Shown: positions 8,768-19,052 of the stretch, piece after piece
Layout of the letters: each line of letters begins with the position of its first letter
Position numbering within the stretch: the stretch's first letter is position 1
Source: Parcubacteria group bacterium Greene0416_36
GTDB taxonomy: Bacteria; Patescibacteriota; Patescibacteriia; VMEV01
Direction of reading: 5' to 3'
Length of the DNA stretch: 64,000 nucleotides
Assembly: GCA_007375725.1 (NCBI GenBank)
Contig: VMEV01000004.1
Location: forward strand, 5,021 to 69,020
Program-made: the position numbers and the translations under genes
The notes under the pieces: model-generated
What the model was told of the DNA's origin: nothing
The model's database searches: none
The model's input: only the letters and a program-made list of their open reading frames with translations

Positions 8768-10219
8768 ATGTCAGCCGATCTCGCCAAACAAATCGCCCAC
8801 AATACGTTCTTCCAGGTAGGCTCCAAGCTTATCGGGACGATGTTGGGCGTGGTCACGATCGCCGTGATGACCCGACACCTAGGCACCGAGGGCTTTGGTC
8901 AATATACCACGATCATGGGATATCTGCAGATATTCGGAATCATGGCTGATTTTGGACTCTCTATCACCGCCACGCAAATGCTTTCCCACCCCCATTTGCC
9001 GACACTCAAAATCATGAATAATTTATTTTCTCTCAGAATTATTTCCTCGATTATCTTCTTCCTCCCCGCGCCATTGCTCCTAGCTTTTTTTCCCTACAGC
9101 CCGGAAGTGAAGATGGGGATACTCATCAATACCCTCTCTTTTCTCTGCCTGACCATCTTCCCAATATTCTTAAGCGTATTCCAAAAATACCTAGCTACTT
9201 TTCGCTTTGCCATATCCGAAATCACCAATAGGGTCATCCTTCTAACCCTAGTACTCGCCAGTATTTTCTATGGCTGGGGAATTCTGGGAATTGTCTGGGC
9301 CATGGTCGCGGGGAACGCGGTGCAGATGATTTTGGCCTATCGCTGGAGCCGAAAATATATCCCCTTCACCTGGGAAATCGATTGGAATGTCTGGAAACAA
9401 ATACTCTCCCAAAGCTGGCCCGTAGGAGTCTCCATTTTCTTCAATCTTCTCTATTTCAAAGCAGATACGCTGATTTTATCCGTAGTGGCTGACCCGCATG
9501 ATGTGGGAATATATGGAGCGAGTTACAAAGTTTTGGAGGTATTAGTCGCCCTCCCCTATCTCTTCTCCGGCCTAATTTTGCCGATCCTGACTCAAAATTG
9601 GGCGAGTGGAAACCATGCTTTTTTCCGGACCGTGTTTCAAAAATCCTTCGATGCAATGACCTTGGTTACCCTGCCTATGGTTGCGGGAGGAATTCTCTTG
9701 GCCAAGCCGATTATAGGGGTTGTCGCGGGACCTGAATTCGAAGAGTCCGCTTTCATTTTACAAATACTGCTTGTGGCCGCGGGTGTGATTTATATGTGCA
9801 ACCTTTTCTCGCACGCCATCGTGGCTATCGGAGAACAAAAAAGCGTGATCACCAGCTATATCGTCACCTCGATTTTCGCCCTGGTCACCTATACCTATTT
9901 CATCCCCCGCTACACCACCCTCGCCGCAGCCATACTCACCATCGCCAGTGAATTGATGATCTCCTATCTCGTCATTCGGATCGTGTACAAAAAAACGAAT
10001 TTTTTCCCAAATCTGCATATGTGGCTTCCCTCTATTTTGGGCTCGCTTGGCATGTGCGGCGCCATTTTATCCTGGCAATATTTTATCAGTTCAGAGCTCG
10101 GACTTCTCAATCTCCTGGTCCAATTGGGCCTAGGCATATCCGTATATTTCACCTTACTTCTCTATCAAGGAATGATGTCGAAAAAGATGATTGTGGATTT
10201 GATCCGAGTAAAAAAATAA
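8768..10219 (+). CDS. polysaccharide-biosynthesis flippase-like membrane protein (MOP/Wzx superfamily)
   Basis: About 483 aa polytopic membrane protein with a typical MOP flippase N-terminus (FFQVGSKLIGTMLGVVTIAVMTRHLGTEGFGQY). The ORF track starts at 8750. I place the start at the second ATG (8768) because the CCTAA-rich leader seen at other starts abuts it. Confidence 0.6.
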   Translation: MSADLAKQIAHNTFFQVGSKLIGTMLGVVTIAVMTRHLGTEGFGQYTTIMGYLQIFGIMADFGLSITATQMLSHPHLPTLKIMNNLFSLRIISSIIFFLPAPLLLAFFPYSPEVKMGILINTLSFLCLTIFPIFLSVFQKYLATFRFAISEITNRVILLTLVLASIFYGWGILGIVWAMVAGNAVQMILAYRWSRKYIPFTWEIDWNVWKQILSQSWPVGVSIFFNLLYFKADTLILSVVADPHDVGIYGASYKVLEVLVALPYLFSGLILPILTQNWASGNHAFFRTVFQKSFDAMTLVTLPMVAGGILLAKPIIGVVAGPEFEESAFILQILLVAAGVIYMCNLFSHAIVAIGEQKSVITSYIVTSIFALVTYTYFIPRYTTLAAAILTIASELMISYLVIRIVYKKTNFFPNLHMWLPSILGSLGMCGAILSWQYFISSELGLLNLLVQLGLGISVYFTLLLYQGMMSKKMIVDLIRVKK

Positions 10220-10223
10220 TTCC

Positions 10224-10266
10224 AAAAATGTAGGGGCAGGTGTGAAACCTGCTCCTACATTTTTTA
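10224..10266 (+). terminator. hairpin terminator after flippase gene (GTAGGGGC palindrome family)
   Basis: AAAAATGTAGGGGCAGGTGTGAAACCTGCTCCTACATTTTTT. Confidence 0.6.
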
Positions 10267-10446
10267 AAAAAAAGAACATCTCCCGCGAGAAAACCCGCAA
10301 AAGATGCCCCTTTTTGTGTACCGGATTTACAAAACCTTTATTTAAAGACTTTCTAAATCCAAATACAAATTTTAGAGAAAAAGAACAAGTACAAAAGGAT
10401 TATATAAAATTTGGATTTTCTGTCAATAAAGAATGGACATAGTCGC

Positions 10447-10488
10447 AAAAAGTGTAGGGGCACAGCGCGCTGTGCCCCTACACTTTTT
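10447..10488. terminator. palindromic hairpin AAAAGTGTAGGGGCACAGCGCGCTGTGCCCCTACACTTTT (bidirectional terminator-like)
   Basis: 40-bp perfect palindrome flanked by A and T runs. An identical 40-mer recurs at 52307-52346 inside an ORF. Confidence 0.55.
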
Positions 10489-10635
10489 ACATACCTGTAG
10501 CCCTTCACAAAACCCTACTTTTCGTATATATTGAAACAATATCTTCTAGGCTTTTGGCCATTGGGTCTTAGCTTATTAGTAAACAACCCATTTTTTCTAA
10601 AAAGCTAATGGCCTAAAGGCCTAACGCCTAATCTT

Positions 10636-11178
10636 ATGATCCTAAGCATCATCGTTCTCGTTATTTTATTCTGGAGCGTACTCTCCTACAACGGCCTAGT
10701 CCGCCTAGTCACACAAAGTGATGAAGCGTGGTCGGATATTGATGTTCAGCTCAAGCGCCGATATGACCTTGTTCCCAATCTCGTAGAAACCGTGAAAGGA
10801 TACGCAAAACATGAAAGCCAGACCCTCGAGAATGTCATTGCCGCCCGAAATTCTGCGATGAACGCGCACGGTATGCAAGACAAGGCCAGTGCGGAAAATG
10901 CGCTTTCTGCCGGACTCAAGAGCATCATCGCCTTATCCGAAAATTATCCGGATTTGAAAGCCTCCGGAAACTTTCTCAAACTCCAAGATGAATTGTCGGA
11001 CACTGAGAATAAAATCCAGGCCGCGCGCCGATTCTACAATGGCAATGTGCGCGATCTCAATATCAAACTCCAAGTATTCCCCGACAATATCATCGCCCGC
11101 ATGTTCGCCTTCACCCAAAAAGAATTTTTCGAATTGACCGAACCCGCGGCGAAGGAAGTGGTGAAAGTGCAGTTTTAG
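10636..11178 (+). CDS. lemA: LemA family membrane protein
   Basis: 180 aa; N-terminal TM then LemA signature (YNGLVRLVTQSDEAWSDIDVQLKRRYDLVPNLVETVKGYAKHE). Confidence 0.85.
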   Translation: MILSIIVLVILFWSVLSYNGLVRLVTQSDEAWSDIDVQLKRRYDLVPNLVETVKGYAKHESQTLENVIAARNSAMNAHGMQDKASAENALSAGLKSIIALSENYPDLKASGNFLKLQDELSDTENKIQAARRFYNGNVRDLNIKLQVFPDNIIARMFAFTQKEFFELTEPAAKEVVKVQF

Positions 11179-11180
11179 GT

Positions 11181-12056
11181 ATGTATTCCCAAATCGCCTC
11201 CAATCAGCGAAAAACCTATTTGCTCATGGGGATTTTCATCTCCTTCGTTTTGGCTGTGGGGTATTTTTTAGGAGCCAGCCAGGGAAACGGATATCTGGGA
11301 CTAGGTTTTGCGGCAATACTTTCCGCGGTCATGACCCTCGGGTCTTATTATCAAGGAGATAAAATGGCACTCTGGAGCGCGGGCGCCGTCAGGATCAAAA
11401 AGGAAGACAACCCCTATGTCTGGAGAATGGTCGAAAATCTCTCTATCACCGCGGGACTTCCCATGCCGGCCGTCCACATCATTCCCTCCAACGCGCTCAA
11501 TGCTTTTGCCACCGGCCGAGACCCCCAGCACGCGTCCATTGCGGTCACAATCGGACTGATCAATACCCTAGAGAATGAAGAGCTGGAAGGAGTCCTTGCC
11601 CACGAACTCTCGCATGTCCAAAACTACGATATCCGCATCATGACTATAGTATTGGTGCTCGTGGGAATCGTGGGAATCCTGTCCGATTTTTTCACTCACC
11701 GATTATTCTGGTCCAGCCGCGATGACCGAGAAAACATGAACCCATTTTTTATGATCGCGGGAATTATTTTGGCCATTCTCTCTCCCATCATCGCCATGCT
11801 GATCCAGCTGGCCATCTCACGAAAACGCGAATTTCTGGCCGATGCCAGCGCCGCGCTGCTCACCCGCTATCCGGACGGACTCGCCAGCGCTCTCCGGAAA
11901 ATCTCCGGCAGTGATATCCCCCTCGAAACCGCCAACTCCTCCACCGCGCATCTCTTCATTTCAAACCCCTTCGGCAAAAAATTCTCCATATCCTCTCTCT
12001 TTTCCACTCACCCGCCGATTGAAGAGAGGATTAAAGAGTTAGAAAAGATGTTATGA
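11181..12056 (+). CDS. htpX: M48-family zinc metalloprotease HtpX
   Basis: 291 aa; TM segments plus HEXXH (AHELSHVQNYD). Downstream of lemA as in the common lemA-htpX pair. Confidence 0.85.
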   Translation: MYSQIASNQRKTYLLMGIFISFVLAVGYFLGASQGNGYLGLGFAAILSAVMTLGSYYQGDKMALWSAGAVRIKKEDNPYVWRMVENLSITAGLPMPAVHIIPSNALNAFATGRDPQHASIAVTIGLINTLENEELEGVLAHELSHVQNYDIRIMTIVLVLVGIVGILSDFFTHRLFWSSRDDRENMNPFFMIAGIILAILSPIIAMLIQLAISRKREFLADASAALLTRYPDGLASALRKISGSDIPLETANSSTAHLFISNPFGKKFSISSLFSTHPPIEERIKELEKML

Positions 12057-14566
12057 TTGTCGATAAATTCACACGCCATCTCAAAGAAAGCCTCAGGCTG
12101 GCTTACAAAACAGCATGGACATCCAGACATCCTCAAATTTCTCTGGAGCATTTATTATACGGATTATCCAGCCAAAAAGGGTCCATCGCGAGCCGAATTT
12201 TGGAAAAAAACAATTTTGTCTCTGACTTTTTTCTGACAAAAATACAAGAAATCAATCATAAACTGGCAGTCAACCTTCCTGAGAATGCCATATTACTACC
12301 TTTGCCATCCGAACTGACAAAAAAAATACTCAAAAAAACTATTCTATTGGCCCATAAATACACTCACTCCTATATCAGCACCGAACATGTTCTATCGGTC
12401 ATTTGGGATGAAAAAGCGTGGATCCTAGAGGCGCAAATAGTCGCCGGGGATCAGCAATACGACCTGATAAAAAATCAAATCAAATCCATACTCGACACAA
12501 CCACCAAATTTCCTGAAATAACCGAAAATTTCGTCACGGCGGATGATGAGGGAGAAGCCGAAAGCGACGGAGAAACTGACCCGGCATGGGAAATTTATGA
12601 CAATAACCGAGCCTTATCGCTTTTCGGCACCGATCTCACCTCAGAAAAAACTCAAAAACATATCGACCCGGTTATTGGCCGCGAAAAAGAAATTGAGCGT
12701 ATCACGGAAATATTATCAAGGCGAACCAAAAACAACCCGCTCCTGGTCGGTGAACCCGGAGTCGGCAAAACCGCCATCGTGGAAGGATTAGCCAAAAAGA
12801 TCCAAGAAGGAAAGGTTCCTCCCGTGCTTTGGGGCAGAAAAATAATCTCGATCGATATGGCGGCCGTGCTCAGCGGTACGATTTATCGAGGAGAATTCGA
12901 GGCGAGGCTCAAACAAATCATCGAGGAGGCGCAAAGAGACCCTGAAATTATTTTATTTATCGACGAACTCCATATGATCGTAGGAGCCGGCTCCTCTTCC
13001 GGATCCATGGACGCGGCCAATATCCTCAAACCCGCTCTGGCTCGAGGCGAGATCCACTGCATCGGATCCACCACCTTTGGCGAATACCAAAAACATATTC
13101 AGAGCGATCCCGCGCTATCCCGACGCTTCCAAACTTTGATCATCGAAGAACCCACGGAAGAAGCGACCCTCTCCATATTAAAAGGACTCCGCGCCCAATA
13201 CGAGCAGTTCCACCGAGCCTTATTACCTGATGAAATACTCGCCTCCACGGTTCAATGGGCCTCAAAATACTTGCCGGCGCGATTATTTCCAGACAAGGCA
13301 ATCGACATCATGGACGAAGCCGCGGCCAAAAGCCAAATACGGAGAGAAATCACCCCGCTCGAACAAAAACTCGAGGCCGTTTATCAAAAACAGGAGAAAA
13401 TTCAGAGACAAAAACATAAGGCGGTCCTAGAAGAGAAATATGAAGCCGCGGTTTTGCTACGCGATCAAGAAGCCATTCTGAATAAAAATATCAAAAAACT
13501 GGAGGACCTCTATGACCGCGAGCAAAAAAACATCACCGACCAAGTCACGGAGCAGGATATAGCCCAAGCGATCTCGTCGCAGTCCGGCATTCCAGTTTCA
13601 AAAATCCTCCAAGAAGACAATGAGTCACTCATATCTTTGGAAAGAATCCTCCGCGCGGAAATTTTAGGACAAGAAACCGCTATCACGGCCATCACTGACG
13701 CCATCCGGCGGTTCTTGGCTCTGGGAAATACAAAAGGAGGACTCTTATCCCTCTTGCTCGCAGGCCCTTCCGGAGTGGGCAAAACGGAGTCCGCGAAGAT
13801 AATCGCCCGAGAACTATTTGGAAGCGACAAAAAACTGATTCGCTTGGACATGTCAGAATATTCCGACAAGTTCAATTTATCAAAATTACTGGGGGCACCT
13901 CCCGGCTATGTTGGATATGGGGAGGGAAGCATTTTATCGACCAAGCTCCTCCAAAATCCGCATTCCGTAATCTTGTTCGATGAGATGGAAAAAGCGCATC
14001 CGGATATCACCAGCATACTCTTAGGAATGCTGGAAAATGGAGAGATTATAGATTCCTCCGGCCGAAAAATCTCCCTTAAAAACAATATTATCATTCTCGC
14101 CGCCAATACGAACTCGGCTTCTTTTGGGCAGAGCGGCATTGGTTTTGGCATGGGAGAAAAATCCAAAAACGCGGATGCCTCGCAACGAGTGCATGAGAAT
14201 TTGAAAGAAATATTCAAGCCTGAATTATTAGGCCGAATCAATGCCAAAATCATTTTCCAAACTCTAACCCAAGAAACACTTGCCCAAATCGCGTGGAATG
14301 CGGCGCAAAATTTCTGCCGAGGGATACAAAAAGAAAAAAATATCCAAATCATGCTCACTCAAAAAGAGCTGCTCGATTTAATCGGCCCCATGGCAGAAGA
14401 AAAAAATGCCCGAGATATTCTCCACAAAATAGATGCCAAGCTGGGCAATATATTGACAGATTATTTACGAAATCAAAAGACTACAAAAAGTGGTATAATA
14501 AAACTGGACAAGAAAAAAGATCAATGGTTTTTTCTCGATCACGGAGGAAAAATTCCAAAAGTATAA
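12053..14566 (+). CDS. clpC: ClpC-like AAA+ ATPase (Clp protease ATP-binding subunit)
   Basis: 837 aa. Clp_N-like N-terminus, two AAA+ modules (Walker A GEPGVGKT and GPSGVGKT), UVR-like linker (YEAAVLLRDQEA), IGF loop (GIGFGMG) for ClpP docking. Start overlaps htpX stop (ATGA). Confidence 0.85.
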   Translation: MIVDKFTRHLKESLRLAYKTAWTSRHPQISLEHLLYGLSSQKGSIASRILEKNNFVSDFFLTKIQEINHKLAVNLPENAILLPLPSELTKKILKKTILLAHKYTHSYISTEHVLSVIWDEKAWILEAQIVAGDQQYDLIKNQIKSILDTTTKFPEITENFVTADDEGEAESDGETDPAWEIYDNNRALSLFGTDLTSEKTQKHIDPVIGREKEIERITEILSRRTKNNPLLVGEPGVGKTAIVEGLAKKIQEGKVPPVLWGRKIISIDMAAVLSGTIYRGEFEARLKQIIEEAQRDPEIILFIDELHMIVGAGSSSGSMDAANILKPALARGEIHCIGSTTFGEYQKHIQSDPALSRRFQTLIIEEPTEEATLSILKGLRAQYEQFHRALLPDEILASTVQWASKYLPARLFPDKAIDIMDEAAAKSQIRREITPLEQKLEAVYQKQEKIQRQKHKAVLEEKYEAAVLLRDQEAILNKNIKKLEDLYDREQKNITDQVTEQDIAQAISSQSGIPVSKILQEDNESLISLERILRAEILGQETAITAITDAIRRFLALGNTKGGLLSLLLAGPSGVGKTESAKIIARELFGSDKKLIRLDMSEYSDKFNLSKLLGAPPGYVGYGEGSILSTKLLQNPHSVILFDEMEKAHPDITSILLGMLENGEIIDSSGRKISLKNNIIILAANTNSASFGQSGIGFGMGEKSKNADASQRVHENLKEIFKPELLGRINAKIIFQTLTQETLAQIAWNAAQNFCRGIQKEKNIQIMLTQKELLDLIGPMAEEKNARDILHKIDAKLGNILTDYLRNQKTTKSGIIKLDKKKDQWFFLDHGGKIPKV

Positions 14567-14572
14567 AGATTT

Positions 14573-15223
14573 ATGGCGGAAATCACTCCAAGTCAGGATT
14601 CGGAAATACAGCCCCAAATGAACCCAAAATCGTACCAGGCAAATCCCCTGCCCCAAACTTCGATATTCGAAAATGAAAATCCCTCCGCGCCTGCTGATTC
14701 CGAATACCCCAACCCCGCCAAAATTCCTGATCGGAATATTTCAAAAAGAAAGACGCTCCAAGATAAAAAGCAAGGCGATGGAACGATTCCGGGCGCCGAA
14801 AAAAACCAAACCCCTTACGCGAAAAAACAGGCACAGCTCGCGGAACAAGAGGGAGAGATGGATACAGACGCAAAAAAATCAAAAGGAATGGGTGGAATTG
14901 CGGCAAAAATGATAGGCAAAAACGTTGGACAGAGCCTGCTACGAATCACGGTTTCGGCGGTTGTCGCTTCATGGCCAATCTTAGCAGGACTATTTTTTGG
15001 CTTCATGGTGATCATTATTGTCACGCAAATTACCGCACCGATTTCCGACGTTGTCCAAACCGTTGCCAATACTCCACGCGATCTCAAACAAGGAGCTGGC
15101 CAAGTCGGATCCACCCTCCAAAAAGGAACCAGTCGCGCCATTTCTGACATCCAGACCGGCAAAGTCTTTTCCGACCTTGAGCAAGATATTGGAGCTGTCG
15201 TTTCCGGTGCCCTTGGCGACTAA
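14573..15223 (+). CDS. hypothetical membrane protein with disordered Gln/Pro/Lys-rich N-terminus
   Basis: 216 aa; low-complexity N-terminal 110 aa, single TM (VVASWPILAGLFFGFMVIIIV), short C-terminal domain. Confidence 0.45.
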   Translation: MAEITPSQDSEIQPQMNPKSYQANPLPQTSIFENENPSAPADSEYPNPAKIPDRNISKRKTLQDKKQGDGTIPGAEKNQTPYAKKQAQLAEQEGEMDTDAKKSKGMGGIAAKMIGKNVGQSLLRITVSAVVASWPILAGLFFGFMVIIIVTQITAPISDVVQTVANTPRDLKQGAGQVGSTLQKGTSRAISDIQTGKVFSDLEQDIGAVVSGALGD

Positions 15224-15285
15224 AATCATAAGAAATCCACGCCAAAGGCAAATCCGCCTCTGGTGAAGAAACAAAGACAAATAAT

Positions 15286-16557
15286 ATGAATTTTACAAAA
15301 AAACAAATAGCCTGGGCCCTCGGATTTATCACTCTCATCATCCTCATGGGCTGGGCGATTTATGCGGTATTCCTCCGACCCCTTCTACCTGTCGAGCCAA
15401 TACTTCCCGAAGAAGTGCCGATTGTAGGAGAGGGACTGCCGGGCGCAGGAGTTGGCGGACCCAAACCGCTGCTTGGTATTCCAGGAGAAACACCCGGATT
15501 GGCTTTGGCTCCCGACTTACCGGAGCCCGCCGCAAAACAGGATCAGGAAAGTTATGTGTCCGATGTCGCGGTCGGCGGCCCGACTCGAACAAAAGCCCTA
15601 ACTGACAAACCCTCCTATTCCGTCACTCTCTCCGGAGACAAACGATCTCTCAATTTTTACGACCGCGAAAGCGCGCAGTTTTATCGCGTCAATGATCAGG
15701 GGCAGTCCATCAAACTTTCCGATAAACAATTCTACGAAGTACAGGAAGCCAACTGGGCTCCCAATAAAAATGAAACCATCATGGAATTTCCCGATGGCAA
15801 TAAACTTTATTATAATTTTCAGACAGACAAACAAGTGACCCTCCCCTCCCACTGGGATGACTTCAGCTTCGCGCCGTCCAGCGGAGAAATGGCGTTCAAA
15901 AGCATCACCGATTCCGTAGAAGACAACTGGATGGCCATCTCATCCCCCGACGGCTCGTCTCCTGAAGCCATACAGCCTCTGGGAGCCAATGGAAATCAAG
16001 TAACTCTCTCTTGGTCGCCCAACAATCAAGTCATCGGCATGTTCACCAAACCTATTTCCAATAATAAACAAGAGGTGTATTTTCTAGGCCGAAATGACGA
16101 AAATTTCAAGCTTGCCGTGGTGGAAGGCCGAGATTTTCGTCCCAACTGGTTCCCCGACGGATCCAAAATGCTCTATAGCGTGTACAATAGCAATGACAAT
16201 TTCAATCCCTCGCTCTGGGTCGTGGACGCGGTCGGCGACACCATCGGCGAGAATCGCGTGCCCCTCGAGGTCAATACTTGGGCAGACCGCTGTACTTTCA
16301 ACCGCGATGGCTCCTCGCTCTACTGTTCCCGTCCTAAAGATATCCCCGCAGGAGCCGGCCTTTTCCCCGATCTCCTCACGCGCCGCAATGTCCCCTCCGA
16401 ACTCATCAAGGTCAATACCGTCTCCGGAGGCATCACTATCCTCGGCGAACCCGAAACCAGCATGGATATCGCCCAAGTCTTCGTCAATGACGCCGAAGAC
16501 AAACTCTTTTTCCAAAACAGCCAAGACCTGACCATCCAGTCGATGAGGATTAAATAG
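15286..16557 (+). CDS. membrane-anchored PD40/TolB-like beta-propeller repeat protein
   Basis: 423 aa. N-terminal TM, Pro/Gly-rich linker, repeated W-x-P-D/N-G-S blades (WAPNKNETIM, FAPSSGEMAF, WSPNNQVIG, WFPDGSKMLY). Confidence 0.5.
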   Translation: MNFTKKQIAWALGFITLIILMGWAIYAVFLRPLLPVEPILPEEVPIVGEGLPGAGVGGPKPLLGIPGETPGLALAPDLPEPAAKQDQESYVSDVAVGGPTRTKALTDKPSYSVTLSGDKRSLNFYDRESAQFYRVNDQGQSIKLSDKQFYEVQEANWAPNKNETIMEFPDGNKLYYNFQTDKQVTLPSHWDDFSFAPSSGEMAFKSITDSVEDNWMAISSPDGSSPEAIQPLGANGNQVTLSWSPNNQVIGMFTKPISNNKQEVYFLGRNDENFKLAVVEGRDFRPNWFPDGSKMLYSVYNSNDNFNPSLWVVDAVGDTIGENRVPLEVNTWADRCTFNRDGSSLYCSRPKDIPAGAGLFPDLLTRRNVPSELIKVNTVSGGITILGEPETSMDIAQVFVNDAEDKLFFQNSQDLTIQSMRIK

Positions 16558-16748
16558 TCGTCATCCCCGACGACCCTGACCCTATTCTTGCCATAAACAT
16601 ATACGATCGGGGATCCAGACAAATCAAATATGTAAGAAGGACATCAATACCAAAAACCCTTTAAATAGTTAGAGGGTAATAAAAAATTTAAATACTTTAA
16701 TTTATTATTCGGCCTGGATCCCCGACTCGCCCTACGGGGCTCTCGGGG

Positions 16749-17618
16749 ATGACAAAACATCCTATGAAACGTCTTCTCTATTCCCTACTCATCTGTTTAT
16801 TTTTCCTCCCCTTCAGCCTCCTCGCCGCGGACACCAATATCACCCCTCAGATGAATGTCCCGATACCGTTTATAAATATAACGGACAATGTCGCGCAGGG
16901 CTCGCCGATTCCTTGGATTTCTGACTATATCACCGGCCTCTACACCCTCAGCTACACCGTTGCGGGACTCTTGGCCATCATTATGATCCTCCTCGGCGGC
17001 TTTCTCTGGGCCTCCTCCGCCGGCAACCAGAACCAAGTCGGCAAAGGCAAAGAAATGATCACCTCCGCCATCGCTGGAATCGTGGTCATTCTGTGCAGTT
17101 ATTTGATTTTGTATTTAATCGGAGGGGCAAGATTGACGACGATTACGGAGTTGACTGCAACCAAAATTTACACTACCGAAGAACGCAATAAAGCCTACGA
17201 AAAAACTATAGCTGAACGCACTCCAATATTAACAAAACTCCGCGAGACTAAGAATCAAACTCTTTTGGCATCGGTGAAAGCCTACGATGCCAGTGCAAAA
17301 ACTTATGAAGACTTAAAAACAGCCAAATTAACATTCGATGAAGTTTATGCAAAATACTCAAAAATAGCCCTAGAATACATCGAAAACCCAGACGATATCC
17401 CCACAAAACAAGCATATGAACAAGCCAAACTAGCTAACAAACAAGCAGCTAGTGATCTTACTGCAGCCGAAAATGCCAATAGGCAAGCTTATGATGCATA
17501 TCTCAAAGCCGCAGCAATTTATAAACAAGCTTATGATGCATATCCCGAAACAGCTGCCAGTGAACAGGCCGAAGCTGAAGCTTTTGACGAAGCATTCAAC
17601 AGAAATTTAGCACAATAA
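16749..17618 (+). CDS. TrbC/VirB2-like pilin paralog with long Ala/Tyr/Lys-rich coiled-coil C-terminal extension
   Basis: 289 aa. Signal peptide, then the family core (PQMNVPIPFI...GLLAIIMILLGGFLWASSAGNQNQVGKGKEMITSAIAGIVVILCSYLILYLIGG), then about 170 aa with repeated QAYDAY motifs. Confidence 0.6.
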   Translation: MTKHPMKRLLYSLLICLFFLPFSLLAADTNITPQMNVPIPFINITDNVAQGSPIPWISDYITGLYTLSYTVAGLLAIIMILLGGFLWASSAGNQNQVGKGKEMITSAIAGIVVILCSYLILYLIGGARLTTITELTATKIYTTEERNKAYEKTIAERTPILTKLRETKNQTLLASVKAYDASAKTYEDLKTAKLTFDEVYAKYSKIALEYIENPDDIPTKQAYEQAKLANKQAASDLTAAENANRQAYDAYLKAAAIYKQAYDAYPETAASEQAEAEAFDEAFNRNLAQ

Positions 17619-17752
17619 AGTCGCTCAAAAGTGATCTGCTTCAAAGTCCGTAATGATCATGGCTTCTTTTTGGTCATTTCCAGATGCTCTATTGATCAAA
17701 ATCCATGAATTTTGTTCAGTGGGCATGTTTCTATTGGACAAAATTAGAATCC

Positions 17753-18952
17753 CTAAATCAATCCGCTCAAAAACTTATCAGCGCTGATCAGGCGAACAGT
17801 GCCTTTGAGCAAATCCACTCCGGATTCGCCCACCACTTGATAGGCAAAAGGAACCTTGTCTCCTTTGGCAGATAATCGCTCCTGAAAATATAATAAATGG
17901 CTCGAAATGGACTGGTCTGTGGATTTCACTTCCACCATAAACCAAGGTTTATTATCAATCGTCACCAAAAAGTCTACTTCACGGCCCTGCTTCTCTCGGA
18001 GAAAAAATAACTCCGCCTTATATCCCTGATTATCATAAAGATAATGCACCATTTTCAATAATCCGGAAGCTACCATATTCTCCAATCGATTTGCGCGATC
18101 CTCAATTTGCGACCAATCCCATAAATAGAGCTTCGGTTCTTTTTTTAAAGCCCGAAACAATTTGCTCTGAAATGGATAAATACGAAAATGATAGTAAAAA
18201 CGATCAAGTGTCTCCACCCAATTGGCAATAGTATTGTGATTAACTGATAAATCCAATGCAATCGAATTAAGAGATAATAAAGAACCGACTTTATGGGGCA
18301 GCATTTGTGCCATTATCTGCAAAGAAGAAAGGTCTCGAATTGAAGACAAATCCCGAATATCTTCACGAACCAAACGATCCAATCGCTGGAGGTGAAAACG
18401 ACGCAAAGCGACCTTATCTTTATTCACAAATGCTTCAGGAAATCCACCAAAATCAAATAAATCAGAATAAAACTTACGGATGGATTCAGGCTCCAAGGAT
18501 TGTGAAAATTTCAGCTTCTCAAATGGATTGGTATTAAAAGAATGACCTAAAAGTTCGGCCACGGACAAAGGGTGCAAACGATAATAATGATAACGTCCCA
18601 TCATGGAGTCGCCCCCCCTTCTATAAATATCCAACCGAGCACTTCCTGTCACCAATATCTTCAAATAATCTTTGTGAATATCGTAAAGTCCTTTGATAAA
18701 ATTTTTCCATCGGGCATATTTGTGGATCTCATCAAAAATAAGCAGCTCCGCCTCAGGATCAAACGACTGACTCAAAATTCGTTTACGGTGCAAAAGATCA
18801 TCCCAATTCAAATAAACAATTTTTTTAAACTTGTCAGCACTCAAACGATGGACTAAAGTAGTCTTGCCCACTTGTCTGGGTCCTCCCAAAAACACCATTT
18901 TATTTTTCAGATCCTTTTGGATAGCATTATTTAAATATCGATCTATCAACAT
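17753..18952 (-). CDS. AAA+ ATPase (AAA_14 / DUF4143-type)
   Basis: 399 aa; Walker A GGPRQVGKTTL, Walker B LLIFDEIH, C-terminal DUF4143-like region. Confidence 0.7.
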   Translation of the reverse strand: MLIDRYLNNAIQKDLKNKMVFLGGPRQVGKTTLVHRLSADKFKKIVYLNWDDLLHRKRILSQSFDPEAELLIFDEIHKYARWKNFIKGLYDIHKDYLKILVTGSARLDIYRRGGDSMMGRYHYYRLHPLSVAELLGHSFNTNPFEKLKFSQSLEPESIRKFYSDLFDFGGFPEAFVNKDKVALRRFHLQRLDRLVREDIRDLSSIRDLSSLQIMAQMLPHKVGSLLSLNSIALDLSVNHNTIANWVETLDRFYYHFRIYPFQSKLFRALKKEPKLYLWDWSQIEDRANRLENMVASGLLKMVHYLYDNQGYKAELFFLREKQGREVDFLVTIDNKPWFMVEVKSTDQSISSHLLYFQERLSAKGDKVPFAYQVVGESGVDLLKGTVRLISADKFLSGLI

Positions 18953-19052
18953 AAATTTATCCTATTTTATTAGATGACCAGATTATACCATACTATCAAA
19001 AAGTTGCAACCTTTTGTTAGTACGGTATAAAAAAGTACTAATCAATTTTCTT

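Noticed and set aside
10242-10442. 66-aa Lys-rich ORF between two terminator hairpins
   Set aside because: Its start codon is buried inside the upstream terminator stem with no leader. Kept only as part of a finding about the bracketed segment.
16084-16622. ORFs 16084..16524 (-), 16094..16531 (+) and 16320..16622 (-) overlapping the beta-propeller gene
   Set aside because: Shadow ORFs in alternative frames of a 423-aa gene with recognisable PD40-like repeats.
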